The notes under the pieces are model-generated. The model saw nothing but the letters and a program-made list of their open reading frames with translations. It ran no database searches and had not been told where the DNA came from. A stretch of 64,000 bases of DNA from Blautia sp. (GTDB lineage Bacteria; Bacillota; Clostridia; Lachnospirales; Lachnospiraceae): the NCBI GenBank assembly GCA_023667395.1, contig JAMPAC010000003.1, forward strand, positions 14,972-78,971, written 5' to 3'. Below are positions 43,557 through 52,174 of the stretch, piece after piece. The stretch's first letter is position 1, and each line of letters starts with the position of its first letter. The position numbers and the translations under genes were made by a program.

Positions 43557-44246
43557 ATGGCAGTGTACATATGTACTATTTGCGGGGAGAAGTATGAATG
43601 TGATGGGAAGCCCAGGGAATGCGCCGTATGCGGAAACACGGATTTCCGGGTGGAGGAGAAGACTGTGCCCACATTCCAGGGCGGGACATCCCGCGAACCG
43701 GACACAGGGGATATCGGGCATCCGCCCGTGAAGCAGGATATGACGCCCCCGCCGGTGCAGGAGAGCCGGGTGCAGACGGACTGGAGGCCTGAACCGGTGA
43801 AAGGGAGTCCGGTGCAGGAGAGCCAGGTGCAGGCGGACTGGAGGCCTGAACCAGTGAAAGAGAATCCGGTGCAGGTGGAATGGAGACCGGAACCGGTGCA
43901 GGAGAGCCAGGTGCAGGCGGAATGGAGTCCGGAACCGGTGAAAGAGAAACAGGTGCAGGCGGAGCGAAGTCCGGAATCGGTTCGTGAAGAACCGGGGGAC
44001 AAGGGCAGAGTGAAAATAGGGGGCGCCCTGTGGGCCGTGATCCTGATCGCGCTGGGCAGCCTGGTACTGTGTTTCAAACGCAGCCTTATCCCTTTTCTAT
44101 ACGGCACATTGGGCATAGGCCGTATTATCCGGGGGGTGTATCCGGAGACCGTTGTCGTATCCATGGGCGTTTTACTGACCGGGTGCGGGATGCTGCTGGC
44201 TGTGATATGGCTGGTCGGTTTGTTGAAGCGTCTGCGGAAAGCGTGA
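43557..44246 (+). CDS. Zinc-ribbon membrane protein, paralogue 2, with internal PVQESQVQA(D/E)W repeats
   Basis: 229 aa from ATG 43557 (AGGAGGA SD). MAVYICTICGEKYECDGKPRECAVCG ribbon, repeat region, C-terminal TM helices. Confidence 0.65.
   Translation: MAVYICTICGEKYECDGKPRECAVCGNTDFRVEEKTVPTFQGGTSREPDTGDIGHPPVKQDMTPPPVQESRVQTDWRPEPVKGSPVQESQVQADWRPEPVKENPVQVEWRPEPVQESQVQAEWSPEPVKEKQVQAERSPESVREEPGDKGRVKIGGALWAVILIALGSLVLCFKRSLIPFLYGTLGIGRIIRGVYPETVVVSMGVLLTGCGMLLAVIWLVGLLKRLRKA
43752..43975 (+). repeat. 57-bp in-frame tandem repeat, about 4 copies with one truncated
   Basis: Units start at 43752, 43809, 43866 (short) and 43893. They encode PVQES(R/Q)VQ(T/A)(D/E)W(R/S)PEPVK(G/E). Confidence 0.85.
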
Positions 44247-44288
44247 GTAGAAACGGCAGGGAATGGATTAAAAACAGGAGGAAGAAGT

Positions 44289-45281
44289 ATGGCAGCGTAC
44301 ATATGTAATATTTGCGGAGAGAAGCATGAATGTGACGAAAGACCTGGGGAATGCGCCGTGTGCGGAGGCGCGGATTTTCGGTTGGAGGGGGAGAGAGTGT
44401 CCCGCAGCGAAACATATCGCGAACCGGATATGGGGGATATTGATCATCTGTTTGCCAGGCATAACATGGCGTTCCCCCCGATGAAAGCGAAGCAGGACAG
44501 GAAAGACCAGCAGAAATTTGAGTCGGACGCGAGGAAGAAAGCTCAGGCAGATTCGGAGGCCATGAAGAAGAATATTCCCAGTTCGGCAGTGGATTTCAGG
44601 TATGCAGTGATCATGTATGTGGCTGGTGTGGTGGAATTGGCGGGCTGGGCATCTTGTGCTTTCACAGTAACGCCCATACCCTGGCTCGTCCTTGCCATAT
44701 CGGCGGGAATTGTATTGTGGGTTAACCAGAAAAGCTATGATAAATATATGAAAAAGGCAAAAGCGGCTGCAGAGCGTGTCCTGACAGACGCGGAAGACGA
44801 TATCGTCAGGTATAACAACGCGCAGGATGCACAGTACAGGGCATACTGTGATGAATTTTTGAGAGCCAGCCAGAAACTCAGCGAGGAGTATGTGGGAACG
44901 GAGTTTGTCATCCGGATCGCCGAGTGGATCTTCCAGCCCTTTGACAGGCAGATCAGCCAGACGAACAGGGAGGAGAGGATTGCGGAGATCAGGGAGGTTT
45001 ATTCCTACAGTGTCTACACGGACAGGATCATTTGCGGCAATGGTACTTACGATTTCAGGGGGCACGGCCTGAGGGATGTGGACGATCCCGTCTGCCAGAC
45101 GGCTCTTTCCATTGCCATCGCGGCGGCTGTGAAGATATTGGTCATGCAGAAATATCCCGTGGATATTTCCGGCACGCCCATAGCCGTTTCTACGGAGGTG
45201 GCCTACCGTGAAAATTATCTTGTGGAGACCATGACTTATACCGCGAAGAACGGAAATTATAATGCGATGAGCGTCTGGTAA
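44289..45281 (+). CDS. Zinc-ribbon membrane protein, paralogue 3
   Basis: 330 aa. MAAYICNICGEKHECDERPGECAVCG is nearly identical to the ribbon of paralogue 2. TM helices and a C-terminal domain shared with paralogue 1. Confidence 0.65.
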   Translation: MAAYICNICGEKHECDERPGECAVCGGADFRLEGERVSRSETYREPDMGDIDHLFARHNMAFPPMKAKQDRKDQQKFESDARKKAQADSEAMKKNIPSSAVDFRYAVIMYVAGVVELAGWASCAFTVTPIPWLVLAISAGIVLWVNQKSYDKYMKKAKAAAERVLTDAEDDIVRYNNAQDAQYRAYCDEFLRASQKLSEEYVGTEFVIRIAEWIFQPFDRQISQTNREERIAEIREVYSYSVYTDRIICGNGTYDFRGHGLRDVDDPVCQTALSIAIAAAVKILVMQKYPVDISGTPIAVSTEVAYRENYLVETMTYTAKNGNYNAMSVW

Positions 45282-45288
45282 CAGCGCG

Positions 45289-45400
45289 TAAAGATTTTCT
45301 AAGTCAGTAAAGTACACTGACTAAGAAAATCTACGGTTCCGCTTTGCGGAACCTATACGCGCGGAAGAATCGCAGGTTGTTTCGCAGGGAACCGGGTGTT
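45289..45400. repeat. Dispersed repeat family B, copy 1
   Basis: aaagattttctaag-(stem)-aaagtac-(stem)-ctaagaaaatcta, then acggttccgctttgcggaacctatacgcgcggaagaatcgc. It matches the copies at 49344 and 55176. Confidence 0.8.
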
Positions 45401-45430
45401 TGAACCATTAAAGATGGACAGGGAGTCAGT

Positions 45431-48400
45431 ATGAAGAAGATAGAAACGATTTACACGGAAATTTATGACAGGTTGAGAGAACTTGCGGAGGCAAGGGAGG
45501 AAGCGGAGAGGCAGCTGCAGGAGGTTTCGGTCAGGAACAGGCAGCTGTTCCAGGAACTGGATGAGAGGATAAACGCGGATCTGCAGGGCATTACCGAGAA
45601 GATGAGCCGGGTCAACGTATTCATCAATTTTGCCAGGGAGCATACTTCCGTCTGCGAGATGGCGTCAGGGGCCATTGCCTATGATACCACCGAACTGAAC
45701 CGTCTGATGGTCTTGGTGGAGCATTCGGCCACGGACGATATGAATGCCCGCAGGCTTTTCACGGTGGCGACCGGGCAGTTGAAGACCCTTGTGGCACAGA
45801 AAGCGTCGCTGCAGAATGCGGGGGATCAGGAGAAACAGAGCCTGCGTGCGCGCGTGATGCCTGACAGGCAGGCGGCGGTGGAGAGGAAAGACGCAGCCGT
45901 GGAGGCTTTCCGGGCTTATTTCCAGAGCCCCCAGTGCCAGGATTCCCTGAGCATGCTCAAGGAACAGACCGTACCGGAGCAGACGCTGAGCATGGGACTG
46001 CGCCGGGCGGATTTCCCCGTGCCCGAGGAACTGACGGAAGTGGCGGCGGAGACGCTGGGAGATTTATGGGACAGGAACACGCAGAGCATTTCCATACCGG
46101 TGACCATTGGCGTGGAGGAAGGAAATGTCTGTGTGGCGGAGTATACCAACCAGACGGAGAACGAGGTGCTGTCCGGTATCCGGGACATCCTGCTGAAAGG
46201 GATCGGCTTCACCGGGGGAGAGCCCCAGTACATCTGTGTGTTTGACCCCGTGCGTTATAATGATTCCGCGCTGGGGACGCTGGAGCCCCTGGCGCTGGGG
46301 GAGAGCCGCCTTATCGACAGGGTGCCCACATCCAAGGAGGAATTACAGCGGAAGCTGGACGATATCATCAATAAAGGCAACCTGGAGGATCAGCTGGCGG
46401 CCAGGAATGAAAAATATGAGCGGGCCGTGAAATTTTATGTATTCCACAATTTTCCCCAGGGCTACGACGCGTCCATGCAGACCAAGGTGCGCCAGCTGTG
46501 CGTTAATGCGCCCCATGGCAGGATGAACATTTTCCTGACCCACAACTGCTCGGAGGACGAGAACAGGTTCATGGCCCAGAACGAGACCTATAATTATCTG
46601 AGGGAATTTGGCAGGATCATCACTGTCGCAGGGAACGAATACAGCACGGACTGGGATAAGAACGGCAATCAGGCCCCGTTCTGGTGGAACCAGGCGCCCT
46701 CCAGGATGCCGGAGGATCTGCTGGAGAGGGCAAGACAGAAAAAGGAACAGAAGAACCAAGGCAAAAATGATTATGACGCCCAGGTAGGGATACAGGAAAT
46801 GCCCGCATACCGCAAGGGCGTTCGGCGGCTTACCGACATCCCCTACGGCGTGGACGAGAGCGGGCAGCTCCTGACGCTTGACTTTGAGAACAGTAATTTT
46901 GCCACATTCATATGCGGCGCGGCGCGTTCGGGAAAGTCAACGCTCCTGCATACCATTTTGACCGGCATTTTCCAGCAGAATCATCCTGACGACGTGGAGG
47001 TATGGCTGATCGATTTTAAGATGACGGAATTTTCCCGTTATATCGGACACCTGCCGCCCCATGTAAGGTATATCATCCTGGATGAGTCGCCGGAACTGGT
47101 GTATGACATTATCGACCGTCTGACGGAGATCCTACAGAAACGACAGAGTATTTTTAAGGGAATGTGGCAGAAGCTGTACGACGTCCCTGAAGAAAAGTAT
47201 ATGCCTGCCATGTTCATCGTCATCGACGAGTTTTCCATTATGAGCCAGATCATTGCGGATTCCGCCACAAGCGGGGAAAATTACAGCGAAAAGCTGCAGG
47301 CGCTCCTGGCCAAGGGCGCGGCGCTGGGGATGCACTTCATCTTTGCCAGCCAGGGCTTTACCAGCGGTACCAGGGGACTGAACGATTTCTCCAAGAAGCA
47401 GATCCAGCAGCGGATCGCCATGAAGACGGAACTGGCGGAGATCAAGGCCACCCTTGACCTGCTCAATGCAAGCGAACAGGATTACGCCATGATGGAACAG
47501 CTGCCCGTCCACAAGACGCTGACCCGCATGCCTGTGGATGAATACGGCAATCATCTGTGCTTGGCGGACGTCCTGTATATTTCCGATTATAAGAAGCAGG
47601 AACACCTGATCGATACGATCAATGCGAATATGCAGCAGAAGCCAAGGTACGACGTGGGGGATATTCCCGCGTACATATACAAGCAGCCCATGATCATTGA
47701 CGGCAACAGTTATCACCCTTTTTCCGATAAGAAAGATAAGATGATGGAGTATCTGGAGAAAAGGAAGCCCCTGCTCCGGTCGGAGGGGCTGTGGGACATT
47801 TTCTGGGGCGAGCCCAGACGCATGATGCACGTCTTCCCGGCGCAGATTGCGGACAGTTACGGGGAAAATGTTTTCATGCTTGCCCCCATCCATGAGAAAG
47901 AGGCGGCTTTGAGCGTCCTGCTTTCCATGAAACAGTCCCTTGACATGCAGGGCAGGTTCGTGCAGCTCTGGACCACCAGGAAGCACGGCATGTATCAGCA
48001 GCTGGTGGGCGACTGCGGCTGGTCTTCCGTGAAGCGTCTGGATCTGGAGCAGGTCTGCCAGGCCATCGCAGACTGCAGGAAGAAGATCGAGGACAAGAAG
48101 CCGGGCAATACCTTTTTCATTCTTCTGGGCTTTGAATCCCTGATGATGGATATGAGTTTCCAGGAGAGGAAAGCGGCTCCGGGACAGATGCAGACACAGA
48201 CGCAGGCACAGCCGCTGAAAGATTTCAGCAGTATGTTCCAGCCTGCGGGCGCACCACGGGCAGGCGGACTTGATCTTCTGAGCCAGATGAACATGAAAGG
48301 GCAGGGCGGAAGCGCCGCTGTCGCAGGAGGGCAGACAGACGTGACAGCCGGGGTACAGGACGAAAGCCGTTTTGCAGTCGCAGGGATGCAGCCGGGCGAA

Positions 48401-48892
48401 ACAGCTGGGGTACAGGGCGGAAATGTCTTTGCCGCAAATGTGCAGTCGGGCGGAATGACAGGAGCGCAGGCAGGCGCAGGTATGCCGTCGGGTGCAGGCG
48501 CGGCGAAACAGTCTGCCGATGAACCGGAATCACCCCTGTATGACGCGAGGGAGGATCTGAAATATATCCTGACCCAGGGTCCCAGGCTGGGCTACCATTT
48601 CCTGATGGTGTTCCACACCATGGGCGAGTTCAAGCAGATGAAGATTGCGGCCGGGCTGTTCAAGCATAAGGTCATGTTCCGTGCGCCCAAGGCGGACGTA
48701 TTCGAAATGGTGGGAGCCCAGGGGAAAGACGTGGCAGCCCTGGGAGACCATTCTTTCCGCTATACCAACGGGCTGGACAGCTTGAGTTTCCGGCCATTCC
48801 TCCATGCAGGCCTGTCCCTGGACGGATGGAAAGTCAATGAGGACGGATCCGTGGCGGAAGAAGTGCTGGAAGAGGAAAATTATTTATTATAA
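45431..48892 (+). CDS. TM-less FtsK/SpoIIIE-family ATPase with three EssC-like modules, only the middle one intact
   Basis: 1153 aa. N-terminal coiled coil. The middle module has Walker A GAARSGKST and Walker B MFIVIDEF. The flanking modules lack P-loops. A Q/G/A-rich insertion of about 130 aa lies in the last module. No TM helix. Confidence 0.8.
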   Translation: MKKIETIYTEIYDRLRELAEAREEAERQLQEVSVRNRQLFQELDERINADLQGITEKMSRVNVFINFAREHTSVCEMASGAIAYDTTELNRLMVLVEHSATDDMNARRLFTVATGQLKTLVAQKASLQNAGDQEKQSLRARVMPDRQAAVERKDAAVEAFRAYFQSPQCQDSLSMLKEQTVPEQTLSMGLRRADFPVPEELTEVAAETLGDLWDRNTQSISIPVTIGVEEGNVCVAEYTNQTENEVLSGIRDILLKGIGFTGGEPQYICVFDPVRYNDSALGTLEPLALGESRLIDRVPTSKEELQRKLDDIINKGNLEDQLAARNEKYERAVKFYVFHNFPQGYDASMQTKVRQLCVNAPHGRMNIFLTHNCSEDENRFMAQNETYNYLREFGRIITVAGNEYSTDWDKNGNQAPFWWNQAPSRMPEDLLERARQKKEQKNQGKNDYDAQVGIQEMPAYRKGVRRLTDIPYGVDESGQLLTLDFENSNFATFICGAARSGKSTLLHTILTGIFQQNHPDDVEVWLIDFKMTEFSRYIGHLPPHVRYIILDESPELVYDIIDRLTEILQKRQSIFKGMWQKLYDVPEEKYMPAMFIVIDEFSIMSQIIADSATSGENYSEKLQALLAKGAALGMHFIFASQGFTSGTRGLNDFSKKQIQQRIAMKTELAEIKATLDLLNASEQDYAMMEQLPVHKTLTRMPVDEYGNHLCLADVLYISDYKKQEHLIDTINANMQQKPRYDVGDIPAYIYKQPMIIDGNSYHPFSDKKDKMMEYLEKRKPLLRSEGLWDIFWGEPRRMMHVFPAQIADSYGENVFMLAPIHEKEAALSVLLSMKQSLDMQGRFVQLWTTRKHGMYQQLVGDCGWSSVKRLDLEQVCQAIADCRKKIEDKKPGNTFFILLGFESLMMDMSFQERKAAPGQMQTQTQAQPLKDFSSMFQPAGAPRAGGLDLLSQMNMKGQGGSAAVAGGQTDVTAGVQDESRFAVAGMQPGETAGVQGGNVFAANVQSGGMTGAQAGAGMPSGAGAAKQSADEPESPLYDAREDLKYILTQGPRLGYHFLMVFHTMGEFKQMKIAAGLFKHKVMFRAPKADVFEMVGAQGKDVAALGDHSFRYTNGLDSLSFRPFLHAGLSLDGWKVNEDGSVAEEVLEEENYLL

Positions 48893-49050
48893 AAACAGTC
48901 TCGGAACGGCAAATGCAATGTGCCCAAAGGCACATGAAAGAAATTTCCAGCTGCGGTGTGTGCAGATGAAAATTTCTTTCAGGACAAGGGCATTGAAGTG
49001 AAGAGAGCGGAATAAGTTCCTGCAAGCAGGAACTGGAATAGAAATAGGAG
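48890..49050 (+). repeat. Dispersed repeat family A, copy 2
   Basis: It starts on the ATPase stop codon and ends ...gttcctgcaagcaggaactggaatagaaataggag, which supplies the SD for ATG 49061. Confidence 0.85.
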
Positions 49051-49060
49051 GTATGATTGT

Positions 49061-49339
49061 ATGAGCGATGAAAACAGGTTTCTGGAAGTTGAATCCCTGC
49101 AGACTCTGATCAATGCGGTGAGTAACTATCTGGAGGAACTGGGGGTGAGTTACAATTTTCTGGCGGAGGCCGCCAATGTCTGCCAGATGGCCATGGGAAG
49201 CGACGAGATCGCCATGAAACAGATCAACCGGATGTATGAGGCGCTGGAAGGACTCCGCGTGGCGGCGCTCACGGCGCAGGAAGTAGCGCAGGATATGCAG
49301 ACAAGCCTTATGCAGGCGGAGGCAATCAGAAACATGTGA
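49061..49339 (+). CDS. Small helical-hairpin protein, WXG100-sized with no Trp in the turn
   Basis: 92 aa with two predicted helices. The turn MAMGSDE sits at the position where a WXG motif would be. Confidence 0.55.
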   Translation: MSDENRFLEVESLQTLINAVSNYLEELGVSYNFLAEAANVCQMAMGSDEIAMKQINRMYEALEGLRVAALTAQEVAQDMQTSLMQAEAIRNM

Positions 49340-49343
49340 CAAG

Positions 49344-49450
49344 TGTGCAAAGATTTTCTAAGCCCGCAAAGTACGCGGACTAAGAAAATCTAAGTTGCAC
49401 ACAGAAGAATGCCAAGAGCAGGCATTCTTCTCGGAACCGAATGGTTCCGT
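49344..49450. repeat. Dispersed repeat family B, copy 2
   Basis: tgtgcaaagattttctaagcccgcaaagtacgcggactaagaaaatctaagttgcaca, then hairpins agaagaatgcc/ggcattcttct and cggaacc/ggttccg. Confidence 0.8.
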
Positions 49451-49538
49451 GGGATTGGTTTGTGCCGCCGGAGGCGGCATGTTTGGAAGTGCGGGAGAAG
49501 TTCCCGTCCGGAGTTGGGATTACAGGAGGTAAAGAGGG

Positions 49539-49841
49539 ATGAAATTATCTTTGAATCAGGAATCCGCAGACGCATTGAGGGTTCTGGCGGATCAGATGCC
49601 CCGTGCCATCGAGCAGATCGAAGACGCCACGGAGAGGCTGATGGCTGTGTACGCCCAGGTGGAAGGAACCCTGGGGGTGCATGAACCACATTTCGCCGAT
49701 ATGCTGAACCGGCTGAGGAATGCACAGATGATGGCGCAGACCCCGGTGCTGGCGCTGCCAATGAAACTGAATGAGGTGGCAAATGCCATTGAGGATTATA
49801 TCAGGACCAACCCGGATTCGGGCAGTTATCTGGGAAACTGA
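49539..49841 (+). CDS. Small helical protein, zero-frame product of a possible frameshift gene
   Basis: 100 aa with AGGAGG SD. It ends ...L G N * with the heptamer G_GGA_AAC in phase, immediately before TGA. Confidence 0.6.
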   Translation: MKLSLNQESADALRVLADQMPRAIEQIEDATERLMAVYAQVEGTLGVHEPHFADMLNRLRNAQMMAQTPVLALPMKLNEVANAIEDYIRTNPDSGSYLGN

Positions 49842-49957
49842 CAGACCCGTCTTCCGGGTATTCCGGAAGCGCGCCGGGAGGCGGGGGCGGTACAGGCACA
49901 GAGGATGTCAAGAAGCTGGCGCCCAAGCGGGATATCAATTCCGCGAGGCAGTCAGCC

Positions 49958-50149
49958 ATGGAGAGCATCGAGGCTCGGATGGAAGTAAAAAGGGACGACC
50001 TGCGCGACAAGGGAATGGCGGACGGAGAGCAAATGGAGCGCATCATCGCCATGGAGAAGGAAGCGGCCATCGAGCGCATGGAACAGGACCTGAAAGGTGA
50101 GACTGAGCCGAATACATGGGATGACCGGCACTTTAAGGTGAAAAGATAG
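49958..50149 (+). CDS. 63-aa charged helical ORF, either independent or the -1-frame extension of the 49539 gene
   Basis: The -1 frame is open from 49793 to 50149. ATG 49958 has a weak GAGG 9 nt upstream. Confidence 0.4.
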   Translation: MESIEARMEVKRDDLRDKGMADGEQMERIIAMEKEAAIERMEQDLKGETEPNTWDDRHFKVKR

Positions 50150-50169
50150 GAAAAGGTGAAAAAAAAGAT

Positions 50170-50682
50170 ATGAAGAACGATATGAAGAAACTGATCATGG
50201 CAGTCATGACAATGGCAATGATGATAAGCCTGGCGGCATGCGGCGATGGTTCCATGGAGCTGTCTGACAAAAAATACCAGGAAGTCCTGAACATTATGGG
50301 AATCGACGGAGTAGAGGAGGCAGTGGATAACGTGGTGCTGGAGAGTATCCTGTATGACAGTATACCGTCCGAGGACTATCGTGATGCAGACGATAATGAC
50401 TCTGTGTGGAAAGCTGCATCGGAACTCTGCGGCGAACAGAAAGATAATTACTATTACAGCTGCTGCGGCCTGGGCACGAATCAGGAACAGGCGGAGGCAA
50501 TGCGGAAGGAATATAAGGATTATCTGCAGATGCAGGGCTATGAATACAGGGAAACGAACGCCAACTTTGGCGATATTTATGTAAAGGGCAATTGTGCGGT
50601 CATTCTCCAGGAAGTCAGGGGTCCCGTACACTGGAGCGATAAGACCGAGGGACAGTATGGGCTGGTCACCTGGTTCTATTGA
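50170..50682 (+). CDS. Lipoprotein
   Basis: 170 aa. Signal peptide with lipobox (MISLAAC-GDG). Confidence 0.75.
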   Translation: MKNDMKKLIMAVMTMAMMISLAACGDGSMELSDKKYQEVLNIMGIDGVEEAVDNVVLESILYDSIPSEDYRDADDNDSVWKAASELCGEQKDNYYYSCCGLGTNQEQAEAMRKEYKDYLQMQGYEYRETNANFGDIYVKGNCAVILQEVRGPVHWSDKTEGQYGLVTWFY

Positions 50683-50840
50683 CCGGCAATAACCGGCTGA
50701 TACCTGAACATTTTTAACGCAATCATTTCGCGAAACTTGCAAAAGGCGGACAGATACGTTATAATGAATGTGCAAGGTTTGAGGCCGGTTTGTTCATGAT
50801 GTGGGAGAGTAGGTCTCAAAGAAAGAAAGGGGAGGTTATT

Positions 50841-52073
50841 ATGTTATTGGCATTGATACCACTTTTTGACGAGAATATGGCCGTCCGGGCCTACTCGATC
50901 TTTGCCCAGAGGGACAATTTCTTCCTGGATCCCATGATGCAGGGAACCATGCAGAATGACGGGGCTGCCGCTGTTTACGGTCTGGAAATGATTGAAGAGA
51001 TGGGGATTGAGTCCATTTCCGATGACAGTGAGGTGTTTGTCTCAGTGAGCAATATCTCTATTTTTACGGATGTGGCGGAACAGTGCAGCGCGCCCCATGA
51101 GCGCATCGTGTTCCTGATCGATAATACGATCCCGCCTGTGGACGTGTACATAAACCGCCTGCGGGAACTGAAGAACATGGGGTATAAGCTGGCAATCCGC
51201 AAACTGGCGGTAGCGGATTTTGAGAATTACAGCGAAGTGTTCAAGCTGATGGATTATGTGCTGCTGAATAACCGCAAGATCGCCATTGACAAGGCGAAGA
51301 TTTATTTTGGTAAGCTTTATCCGAACATCAAGCTGGTTGCCGGCAATATCAGCGATATGGAGACGTTCGAGAAGCTGAAGGCGTCCGGCGGATATCAGCT
51401 GTATGAGGGGGAATTTTACCGTGTGCCCGTGACCAGGGGCAATACGGAGATCACGCCCCTGAAAGTGAACTATATCGCGTTGATGAACTCGGTCAACAGC
51501 GCGGATTTTGACTTGGAAGAGGCGGCGGATATCATCGGACGTGATCCCGCGCTGACCATCTCCCTGCTGCAGATGGTGAACCGTATGACCGTGAATTCCG
51601 GCATCACCACCATCCGTCATGCGGCGGCCATGTTGGGTCAGAAGGAACTGAGGCAGTGGATCAACACGGCGGTGGTAAAGGAAATGTACGCGGACAAACC
51701 CAGCGAGATCACCAGGCTTTCCCTGTTGCGCGCCAAGTTCGCCGAATGTCTGGCAGTGCCTTTTAACATGGCTGTCAGACAGGAGGAACTGTTCCTGATG
51801 GGACTTGTCTCCGTGCTGGATGTAATCCTGGAGACGTCCATGGAGGAGGCGCTTGAGAAAGTGAAGGTGACAGGGGATGTAAGCAGGGCGCTGACCAAGG
51901 GCGAGGGTCCCCTGGCAAACGTGATGGAACTGATCAGGCAGTATGAAAACGCCAACTGGCAGGAGGTCACGCGGCTTCTGCTGCTGGCAAACATGGATGT
52001 TTCCGTGGTCAACGACTGCTACATGAAATCCCTGCAGTGGTACAAGAAGCTGATGCTGGGCAAGGATGTATAA
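50841..52073 (+). CDS. EAL-like / HDOD domain signalling protein
   Basis: 410 aa from ATG 50841 (GGGGAGG SD). The N-terminal half resembles a degenerate EAL. HDOD block (IIGRDPALTISLLQMVN...IRHAAAMLGQKELRQWI). Confidence 0.7.
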   Translation: MLLALIPLFDENMAVRAYSIFAQRDNFFLDPMMQGTMQNDGAAAVYGLEMIEEMGIESISDDSEVFVSVSNISIFTDVAEQCSAPHERIVFLIDNTIPPVDVYINRLRELKNMGYKLAIRKLAVADFENYSEVFKLMDYVLLNNRKIAIDKAKIYFGKLYPNIKLVAGNISDMETFEKLKASGGYQLYEGEFYRVPVTRGNTEITPLKVNYIALMNSVNSADFDLEEAADIIGRDPALTISLLQMVNRMTVNSGITTIRHAAAMLGQKELRQWINTAVVKEMYADKPSEITRLSLLRAKFAECLAVPFNMAVRQEELFLMGLVSVLDVILETSMEEALEKVKVTGDVSRALTKGEGPLANVMELIRQYENANWQEVTRLLLLANMDVSVVNDCYMKSLQWYKKLMLGKDV

Positions 52074-52095
52074 AATAATATAGAAATGATGACGG

Positions 52096-52133
52096 AATAG
52101 ACGGGGTTCCATATTGCCCGTCTATTTCTTTTG
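52096..52133 (+). terminator. Rho-independent terminator
   Basis: A 10-bp stem (aatagacggg / cccgtctatt) followed by tcttttgt. Confidence 0.7.
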
Positions 52134-52174
52134 TGGTAAAATGGAGCGAAAAGTGTAAAACCAGGAGGGATAGG

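Noticed and set aside
48804-49025. 63-65-aa ORFs on both strands between the ATPase gene and the 49061 gene
   Set aside because: They lie within repeat family A copy 2. Equivalent pseudo-ORFs (for example 5680-5943 and 5862-6053) appear in other copies, and none has an SD.
49771-50100. 109-aa Arg/Gly-rich ORF in the third frame
   Set aside because: Its composition (R, G, H runs) is typical of an off-frame reading of GC-rich coding DNA. The frame containing ATG 49958 gives a plausible charged helical peptide and connects to the slippery site.
52074-52174. Possible PyrR-type attenuator or riboswitch upstream of carA
   Set aside because: Only a simple terminator hairpin for the upstream gene is visible. 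I could not find the PyrR binding-loop consensus or alternative antiterminator pairing.
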